Under the pieces are notes generated by a model. It made no database searches. It saw only the letters and a program-made list of their open reading frames with translations, and was not told the origin of the DNA. From assembly GCA_048886525.1 (NCBI GenBank), contig JBHLKP010000014.1, positions 9,460 to 29,459 of the forward strand: a stretch of 20,000 nt of DNA, in the 5' to 3' direction. Source of the stretch: Candidatus Hodarchaeota archaeon (GTDB lineage: Archaea; Asgardarchaeota; Heimdallarchaeia; Hodarchaeales; Hodarchaeaceae). This document shows positions 9,716 through 16,512 of this stretch, one piece after another; the stretch's first letter is position 1, and the number at the start of each line of letters is the position of its first letter. Made by a program: the position numbers and the translations under genes.

Positions 9716-10627
9716 TTAGATTTTAGTAACTTTCTGTGCTGAAGTTAATTCTACGAACTTATTAACTTCGGAGTACGAACAATGGTCTGAGTACGGAAAG
9801 AAATGAACATCCATTCGTTTTTGTTTTATTTGTAATGCCCAACCAGTAGGAGAAATTCGTAATGCATCAGAAACTTTAGATTCTACAAGATTATCAATTC
9901 CATGAAGGTTCTCAACCATCCTTCGGCTTCCTACAAAGACGCCTGAATCAGCATTATTTGTAAAAAAATCCCATTCTCCTCCGATTTCTTTATAGATTTC
10001 CACTTTGTATTTTGGTGCCCAAATCTTTATTTTTAAGGCTTCACTTACAGTTTTTAAAAGTAATTCTTTCCCTATTTGATATGCAGCAATCCATACATCC
10101 CTTTCAGGATAATTGTTATTAGAGAGAATCAATGTAATTATTTCTGAAATTAATACCTGTCTTTCTGGAAACTGAAATTTTGGATTCCTTCCATATGTAT
10201 AATCTAGCCAAATATGATCAGCGTCTTTAATTAAGTCAATTTCATCCATAATTGGTGATCCGAGCCTAAAGTCTCCTGTATATACTTCTTTTAAGCCCCC
10301 TTCAGACTCGATAACGAACATTAGACTTCCCAGGCAATGATTAGCGTCTAAAGCATGTACTATATAAGAATCAAAATCTAATGACTGATTTGGTTTAATA
10401 ATTAGACACTTCTCTTTAGGAACCCCATGGAGAACTTTAATGACTGCAAAAGTTTCCTTAGAACACACAATTGTCGAATCAGGATCCGATAAGCTCAATT
10501 TTATACCTAACATGTGATCATTATGACCATGGGAGAGAAAAAAGTAGTTTGAAGATGGTTTACGATGATCTCTCCGTCTAAATGGAAACTCATCGAAGTA
10601 GCTTTTGGCAATCGAAGAGTAAACCAT
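9716..10627 (-). CDS. SNM1/Pso2/Artemis-like beta-CASP metallo-beta-lactamase nuclease
   Basis: LSHGHNDHMLG, ANHCLGSLMFVIE, VYTGDFRLG, WLDYTYG, WIAAYQIGKELLLKTVSEAL, ISPTGWAL and FFPYSDHCSYSEVNKFVELTSAQKV follow the SNM1-family motif order. Confidence 0.8.
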   Translation of the reverse strand: MVYSSIAKSYFDEFPFRRRDHRKPSSNYFFLSHGHNDHMLGIKLSLSDPDSTIVCSKETFAVIKVLHGVPKEKCLIIKPNQSLDFDSYIVHALDANHCLGSLMFVIESEGGLKEVYTGDFRLGSPIMDEIDLIKDADHIWLDYTYGRNPKFQFPERQVLISEIITLILSNNNYPERDVWIAAYQIGKELLLKTVSEALKIKIWAPKYKVEIYKEIGGEWDFFTNNADSGVFVGSRRMVENLHGIDNLVESKVSDALRISPTGWALQIKQKRMDVHFFPYSDHCSYSEVNKFVELTSAQKVTKI

Positions 10628-10819
10628 AAAATAACCTCAAAAATTTAAGTTTATTTGCTTTATATCAGTCTCAGTAAAATTCCGTCTTCTATCTTTAAAA
10701 AAGTTCCTTTCGGGATTTAAGGTGGTTAAAACTTACTAGGTACTTTTTTTAAAAAATTAATTAATGCTTTTAGCAATCAAAACATAGAAAAGAATCTTAT
10801 TGCGAATGATGTTCTTGGG

Positions 10820-10961
10820 GATTCTGTTTCCGGGTTCGGAACGAGACCGGGTGTAACTCAGGCCCTTTGGCCGGGCAATACCCAAGCTTTCCAATGTTCC
10901 CGTAGGCGCGAGCACAACAGTACAGATCAGAACGGAGCCTAACTTAACTTTCGGCAGAATC
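10820..10961 (-). rRNA. Circularly permuted 5S rRNA gene (permuted core 10950->10830, 121 nt; terminal stem 10961-10955/10826-10820)
   Basis: Minus strand reads GATTCTGCCGA|AAGTTAAG|TTAGGCTC|CG|TTCTGAT|CTGTA|CTGTTGTGC(TCGC)GCCTACGG|GAAC|ATTGGAA|AGCTTGGG(TATTG)CCCGG|CCAAA|GGGCCTGA|GTTACAC|CCGG|TCTCGTTCCGAAC|CCGG|AAA|CAGAATC. It contains the 5S loop B (AAGUUAAG), loop E/helix V and loop C (CUCGUUCCGAAC) signatures, but with the 3' half before the 5' half. Confidence 0.85.
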
Positions 10962-11023
10962 TCGCAAGATTTAACGCAACAGATTATTAGTGTTATTAGA
11001 CACCAATAGAAGCAAAATTAAAA

Positions 11024-11040
11024 GTCTTTATATACTTTTT
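11024..11040 (-). promoter_or_regulatory. Archaeal BRE/TATA promoter for the permuted 5S RNA
   Basis: Minus strand AAAAAGTATATAAAGAC. TATA centre at about 11030 would place the start site around 11003-11008, upstream of the RNA core. Confidence 0.65.
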
Positions 11041-11143
11041 TCATTTACCTTTTCCTTAATATTAAGTAGTGTTTTATAACTCGTGTAAGTTATTAAGAAT
11101 CAATATTCAAATTATCTTTAGAATCCGTTTTTTATGAACGTAT

Positions 11144-11968
11144 TTGGGTTTCAGTATGCTTTGGTCAGATTGGAAGAATTCTTACAATGAAATTGTTAAG
11201 GAATTAGGGCTCGATGCTAAAGCTGACGAAAAAACATCAAACTTATTAGACGAATTTTTTATTAAACTCAATTCTGATAAGAAAAAATATATTCAACAAC
11301 GATTAAATCAGGTTTTTCAAAAACCAGTAATTATTTTTGGGGCTGGCCCTTCCTTAGATCGGGATTTTAGTAACATATTAACATTAAATATAAACTCAAG
11401 ACTACAATTAGTCTCTATAAATGGCGCTACAACATTATTTCAATTGAAAAAGGTTATTCCATCTGTTGTGATATCTGATCTTGATGGTGATTTGTCCACG
11501 ATCAAGTGGGCAATAGAAAATGGTGCTTTAACCCTTATTCATGCCCATGGAGATAATCATGATCTCATCTATGAATTTTTAAAAGAACATCATGAAATCA
11601 TTTCAAGATTTGATGTTTGGGGGACAACACAATGCAAACCGAGAGATTCATTATTAAATTTTGGTGGGTTTACCGATGGAGACAGGGCTATTTTCATTGC
11701 ATTTCACTTCCAATCTCCTTTGATTGGTTTAGCTGGTTTTGATTTTGGAACCAAAATAGGACATTATAGTTTCGTAAACTCTTCTGTGCACAAAAATAAT
11801 GAATTAAAAATAAGAAAATTTGAAATTGCCTTAAATTTGATCGCAAGGTTCCATTCATTTCATAAAGGGCTTCGGTTCAATCTAACAACTCAAGGAAATG
11901 CCATACCAGGTTTTCCTAAATCAAATTTTCATACTTTTCTTGACCAATTGGCTGAATACTACAAGTAG
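11144..11968 (+). CDS. mptE: MptE-like 6-hydroxymethyl-7,8-dihydropterin pyrophosphokinase (ATG 11156 is an alternative start)
   Basis: VIIFGAGPSLDRDF, VVISDLDGDL, LIHAHGDNHDLI, WGTTQCKP, GGFTDGDRA and LAGFDFG motifs of the archaeal DUF115/MptE family. Confidence 0.8.
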   Translation: MGFSMLWSDWKNSYNEIVKELGLDAKADEKTSNLLDEFFIKLNSDKKKYIQQRLNQVFQKPVIIFGAGPSLDRDFSNILTLNINSRLQLVSINGATTLFQLKKVIPSVVISDLDGDLSTIKWAIENGALTLIHAHGDNHDLIYEFLKEHHEIISRFDVWGTTQCKPRDSLLNFGGFTDGDRAIFIAFHFQSPLIGLAGFDFGTKIGHYSFVNSSVHKNNELKIRKFEIALNLIARFHSFHKGLRFNLTTQGNAIPGFPKSNFHTFLDQLAEYYK

Positions 11969-12482
11969 CTCGATAACAAGAAGTTTCCCATATTGTAATA
12001 TTTATCTTCTCTATTCGCGGCCAGAATTTCTCTAATTTAAGTTTATCTTGAATTTTCTCTCCTAGAATTTTTGCTAAAGCCTCCGTAGTTACATTAGAAC
12101 ATTCTAATATACGTACTTCATCTTTTGGAATGGAATAGAATCGTACTCCGTATTCGATATCCAAGTTATTTTCATGTCTACCTATTTTTATATTTGGATT
12201 ATTTGAGGGAAGTAAAACGTAATGATCCCATTTTGAAAGAAGGTTATTCAACAGCTTTTCAAGATATAAGAAGTCAATGATTATTTCATTTGTATCAGTT
12301 TTTCCCTCAAGTTCAATTGCAACATGGTAGTTATGACCATGCAAGCCTTCTTCAATTCCATCTGAAATTAAAGCATGTGATGCGCTAAAATGAGCTGCAA
12401 TTTTATCGATTGCAACAGAAGTTGAATAATGGGGGTTTTTCCTCAAAAAATTCAACCATCGCCTGTTTCTTCCCCGTACCAA
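11916..12482 (-). CDS. 6-pyruvoyl-tetrahydropterin synthase-like protein with PTPS-III-type ExxHGH motif
   Basis: HFSASHAL, EEGLHGHNYHVAIELEG, IIIDFLYL, LSKWDHYVLLP and VTTEALAKIL...INITIWET are PTPS/QueD family motifs. The 3' end overlaps mptE by 53 bp (convergent). Confidence 0.8.
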   Translation of the reverse strand: MVRGRNRRWLNFLRKNPHYSTSVAIDKIAAHFSASHALISDGIEEGLHGHNYHVAIELEGKTDTNEIIIDFLYLEKLLNNLLSKWDHYVLLPSNNPNIKIGRHENNLDIEYGVRFYSIPKDEVRILECSNVTTEALAKILGEKIQDKLKLEKFWPRIEKINITIWETSCYRATCSIQPIGQEKYENLI

Positions 12483-13450
12483 TCCCCACCCCTCATATCT
12501 AGAAATGCAGAGATAGCTGCTGTTGTTCCTTCCCCAACCGCTACAGCGATTTGCCCTTGACCAGGAGTAATATCACCACAAGCATAAACTCGAGGAATAT
12601 TTGTGCGTTGATTTTTATCAACTTTGATAAGACCATCTTCGGTTAATTCGACACCAATTTTCTTAGCCAGCTCATTATTAGGAATGATACCAATAGCTAT
12701 AAAAACAGCTTTCACCCTAAGAGAACTTACTTCTCCAGTATTCACGTCTTCTAACGTAATCTTCTTTACTCCGGCCTCAGACCCGTGAATTTCTTTAACA
12801 ACTGTATTCCAGACAAAATTTACTTTGGAATTCTTAAGAATTTGATTTCGAAGTGATTCCTCAGCCCGTAACTGATCACGACGATGTATCAAGTATACAG
12901 GGGCGGCTCCAGCACCAAATGTGGTCCCAGGTATTATATTATCAAGGTATAAAGCTTCTGTTACCGCAGAATTGCCTCCACCTACGACAGCCACTTTTTT
13001 TCCTTTATATAAAGGACCATCGCAAGTAGCACAGTAAGAAACTCCCTTACCCTCATTTTCCTCTTCTCCAGGAACGTTAAGGTGACGATGATTTGTACCA
13101 GTCGCAAGAATGACAATTTTTGAAGTAAAAATACCTGAACTAGTGTGTACTTCGATTGGAAATTGATTTGGCTTAATATCTGTCACTTCTACCATATCTT
13201 TTACCTCAGCTCCAAATTTTTCGGCTTGTTTTCTCAATTTTTCAGCAAATTCGAGGCCAGATATTTCAGAAAAGCCAGGGTAGTTTTCAATGATAGGTGT
13301 TATAGCAGCTAGACCTCCTACCGCCCCTTTATCAATTACTAAGGTTTTCCATCCCATTCTAGAGCCATAAATCGCAGATGCCATACCTGCTGGTCCAGCG
13401 CCAACAATAATCATGTCATAATCAGGAGTAATTCCCATACTAGCGTACAC
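12452..13450 (-). CDS. trxB: Thioredoxin-reductase-like FAD/NAD(P) oxidoreductase
   Basis: DYDMIIVGAGPAGMASAIYGSR, redox-active CATCDGP, VAVVGGGNSAVTEALYL and VYACGDITPGQGQIAVAVGEG. Confidence 0.9.
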   Translation of the reverse strand: MYASMGITPDYDMIIVGAGPAGMASAIYGSRMGWKTLVIDKGAVGGLAAITPIIENYPGFSEISGLEFAEKLRKQAEKFGAEVKDMVEVTDIKPNQFPIEVHTSSGIFTSKIVILATGTNHRHLNVPGEEENEGKGVSYCATCDGPLYKGKKVAVVGGGNSAVTEALYLDNIIPGTTFGAGAAPVYLIHRRDQLRAEESLRNQILKNSKVNFVWNTVVKEIHGSEAGVKKITLEDVNTGEVSSLRVKAVFIAIGIIPNNELAKKIGVELTEDGLIKVDKNQRTNIPRVYACGDITPGQGQIAVAVGEGTTAAISAFLDMRGGDWYGEETGDG

Positions 13451-13799
13451 TCCATCTATATATGATCAAACTTAGGGTATCTATACAAATTATATCTGTT
13501 GTTATTAAAGTTTCGTGATTTTAGAAACCGTTGTAATAATTTTTCTGAAAAAAGTTGAGAGTAAATTAGAATAAAAAGAATGAGGTTTATTTTAATCACA
13601 ATCTTACCCTAAATCATATTAACCTATTCTAGAAATATAATAAAATGAATAATTTCTAATAGATGCTGTTTGTTGTATTGTTTCGTAAAATGGCCTCTCC
13701 ACATCAAGAGAATTTATTAAAGTAGATTAATGAGACTTTAAATAAGAACGTTAATAGTACATAGATCCCTTTATTATTGCGAGCAAAACATTTATTTTA

Positions 13800-16481
13800 G
13801 TGAGAAAACCAAAACAGACTTGGAATGGTTGTTATATAATGGAAGTAATACGATCCTCAACGTCAGAAATCACTTTTCTCATAGATGTAACAAAGGCATT
13901 GATTAATGAGCAAGATTTCATTTTAATATCAGATTCAACCATCACTCCATCAAAACAGTATTTAGCTCAAGTTTCAAATCTTGTACAGCAAAAAGATAAT
14001 GAAATTAAAGGTACTGCATCAATTCTAGGAGAAATCAATCTTGAGGATTCAACCCTAGAGCCTTGTAGATTCCCAATCGCCTTGAATGCTCAAATCAGTC
14101 AACCACCAAGAGGATTAGTATCAAAAATTATTTCGTATAGAGGGGAACAAGGAATTTATCTTGGAGATGTAATTACTTCTGATAAACAGAAAGAGCCATT
14201 TCTAATTTCTCCTAATTTCTTGGAAAGACATGTTCTGTGTGTTGCAAGTACGGGGGCAGGAAAATCATATACCGTTGGAGTTTTACTTGAAGAAATATTG
14301 ATGAAATTTAAATCCGCAGCGGTTCTGTTATTTGATATTCATAACGAATATTGGGGATTGGCTCAACCAAATGATGGATCTGAGATAGATTATCTAAACT
14401 TTGAAAACTACACCCCTAGAGGATTCATTGAAAATATTCTCCTTTTCGAAGAAGGATCACTAGGATTAGGCAAACAGTTTGACCTACCCAAATTGCGTCG
14501 ATTGATTGAATTGACACCAGCACAGGAGAATTCTCTTCTGAATATAATCAAGGAGCCTCTCGGGCTAGAAGAACTAGTTTCACGAATTCAAGATTCAAAT
14601 ATTCACACTTCCACAAGAGAGAATCTAATTTCAAAAATACACTCATTAAATAATTTAGATTTATTTAATAAAGATTTAGATTTCCATGCTTTAATAGTAC
14701 CGGGGCAGATCTCTATTATTCGATTAGATCAGTTTACTGATGAGCGAAGACGTAATTTACTAGTTAATGAGGTACTAGCTCAATTATTCGAGAAAAAATT
14801 ACAGGGAGAAATTTCACGAGAACATGAGATTGTTGTGATCATTGAGGAAGCCCACAGATTCGCAGCTTCTACAGAAATTCTACCTCAGATCGCCCGAGAA
14901 GGACGAAAATTTGGCCTATATGAGATACTTATCTCCCAAAGGCCTGGGGATTTGCCAGATAATATAATAGCCAATATGAATACATTAATAGCCTTAAGAA
15001 TCAAGTCTGATAAAGATATCAACAAAATTCGTTTAATGGAGGGAATAAGTATTGATACTGTTTCAGTTTTACCTCATCTCACTCGTGGAGAAGCATTAAT
15101 TGTCGGTCTACAAGGGAGTACTCATCGTCCAATAAAAATAAGTGTCCGTCCCCGTTTATCAAAACATGTAGATCCCCAAGAAGACATAATGATAAATAAT
15201 ATTTCACGATATGGCTATCTATTAAACCAGAAAGCTGATTCTGCTGAAATTGATACTCTTGAAGTGAATGACATTCATCAAGAGAAGGATATTCCTTCTA
15301 TAGATAGCGAACTGTTTGATTTTAGAGACTTAACAAATTTACTCTCATGCCAACATATTCTTGTCCTTCACAAAACCTCAGGAATATGTTTGTATGGTAT
15401 CGGAGTAACAATGTTCAAAATCGATCCGCAATTAGTATCAGGTTTTCTATCTGCAATTTCAGGACTTTTTAGCGAACTGAAAAGCCAAGATATTGTGAAA
15501 GGAAGAACTATTTTAAGAATGTTTAGAGAAGAAATTGGAGATCGTTCCTTTGAGATTATAACTGTTGAAGGTGCTTACTCTGCAACAGCTATAGTCCTAG
15601 ATCGAACTCCCAAGTATTTAGCCCGTCTCAAGAAGAAATTGAGAAATTTTGTATATGCCTTTGAAATAGAATTTAATGAATATCTGCGAAGATTTTCAGG
15701 TGTCCTTGATGATTTCGATTCTACAGCACAACTATTAGATAAACATCTTGGCTTAGCTTTAACAACTCCTCTTCAAATCAATCCTAACTATAGAAAAGAT
15801 AATATCTCCTCAGATATAGACATATTTGAGATCATTAGTAGAGAAATTGATCAGCTAGCAAGGGGTGAAGGACTTTTTATAGAGGAAATTGTAAATAAAT
15901 GTATTCTAGACTCAAATTATAACTATCGAGAAATTATAGAGGCAATAATTTCATTTCTTCAACAAGGAATTCTCATACTTGTGGATCAGAAAAGATTATT
16001 ACCGTCTTTGTCCTCCCAATTGTTACTTGATTATGAAAAGGAGAAAAAAAGAGAAAAAGAGGAACTTGAAGTAGATCTAGCGCAAGAAATGCCCACCGAT
16101 ATAGAACTGAAAGATGATCTAGAAAGAAGTTTTGAAGAAATAGATGAAATTAATATCGAGTGGTTTACAGAAATTCTAACTGAAATAACAGAAACAACTT
16201 TACCTGACTCTATAAAGCAAGATATTTTAGCAAGAGATATAATGTTTGAATCAAAATTCAGAATAAAATCAAGTTCAGTCCGAACAGAAGTGTTTTCAAA
16301 ATCAGATCTAATACGTTGGGCTCAACTGATGACTCAAAAAGGATTTATACTTCAAGATAAAACAAAGAATCCTTTAAATGGCTTAAAAATTACGATGAAA
16401 GCTGATTTCATAAGTATAGTGAGTTCAATAGCATTATTGAAGAATGGAGATTTTCTTACCATTCTAGCCGAGGTAGAGTAA
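13800..16481 (+). CDS. HerA/VirB4-like ATPase with N-terminal HAS-barrel-like region and additional C-terminal domains (ATG 13839 is an alternative start)
   Basis: Walker A CVASTGAGKSYTVG. LLFDIHNEYWG. Walker B IVVIIEEAHRFAA. QIAREGRKFGLYEILISQRPGDLPDNIIANMNTLIALRI is the HerA-family core. Confidence 0.85.
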   Translation: MRKPKQTWNGCYIMEVIRSSTSEITFLIDVTKALINEQDFILISDSTITPSKQYLAQVSNLVQQKDNEIKGTASILGEINLEDSTLEPCRFPIALNAQISQPPRGLVSKIISYRGEQGIYLGDVITSDKQKEPFLISPNFLERHVLCVASTGAGKSYTVGVLLEEILMKFKSAAVLLFDIHNEYWGLAQPNDGSEIDYLNFENYTPRGFIENILLFEEGSLGLGKQFDLPKLRRLIELTPAQENSLLNIIKEPLGLEELVSRIQDSNIHTSTRENLISKIHSLNNLDLFNKDLDFHALIVPGQISIIRLDQFTDERRRNLLVNEVLAQLFEKKLQGEISREHEIVVIIEEAHRFAASTEILPQIAREGRKFGLYEILISQRPGDLPDNIIANMNTLIALRIKSDKDINKIRLMEGISIDTVSVLPHLTRGEALIVGLQGSTHRPIKISVRPRLSKHVDPQEDIMINNISRYGYLLNQKADSAEIDTLEVNDIHQEKDIPSIDSELFDFRDLTNLLSCQHILVLHKTSGICLYGIGVTMFKIDPQLVSGFLSAISGLFSELKSQDIVKGRTILRMFREEIGDRSFEIITVEGAYSATAIVLDRTPKYLARLKKKLRNFVYAFEIEFNEYLRRFSGVLDDFDSTAQLLDKHLGLALTTPLQINPNYRKDNISSDIDIFEIISREIDQLARGEGLFIEEIVNKCILDSNYNYREIIEAIISFLQQGILILVDQKRLLPSLSSQLLLDYEKEKKREKEELEVDLAQEMPTDIELKDDLERSFEEIDEINIEWFTEILTEITETTLPDSIKQDILARDIMFESKFRIKSSSVRTEVFSKSDLIRWAQLMTQKGFILQDKTKNPLNGLKITMKADFISIVSSIALLKNGDFLTILAEVE

Positions 16482-16512
16482 TTTAATCCTGTTTTTCACT
16501 AAATTCTAGATT

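Noticed and set aside
10830-10961. Two separate 5S pseudogene fragments lying side by side
   Set aside because: The halves are non-overlapping and complementary, sum to 121 nt, retain intact loops B, C and E, and can re-form helix II. Two random remnants would not be expected to do this, though only comparative data can exclude it fully.
10793-10971. Interpretation as SRP RNA or as a canonical-order 5S on either strand
   Set aside because: There is no SRP helix 8 GGAAGGGAGCAGCC-type motif. On the plus strand the conserved 5S strings appear only as reverse complements. On the minus strand the 3' half precedes the 5' half, so canonical order does not fit.
10793-10971. Strict bulge-helix-bulge splicing motif at the ends of the permuted 5S
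   Set aside because: A 4-bp helix (GCGA/TCGC) with a 3-nt bulge is present, but the opposite side has a long asymmetric loop rather than the required 3-nt bulge. I could not place a canonical BHB.
13451-13799. About 350-bp intergenic region before the HerA-like gene, examined for an RNA gene or repeats
   Set aside because: It is AT-rich with no convincing stem, repeat array or conserved RNA signature.
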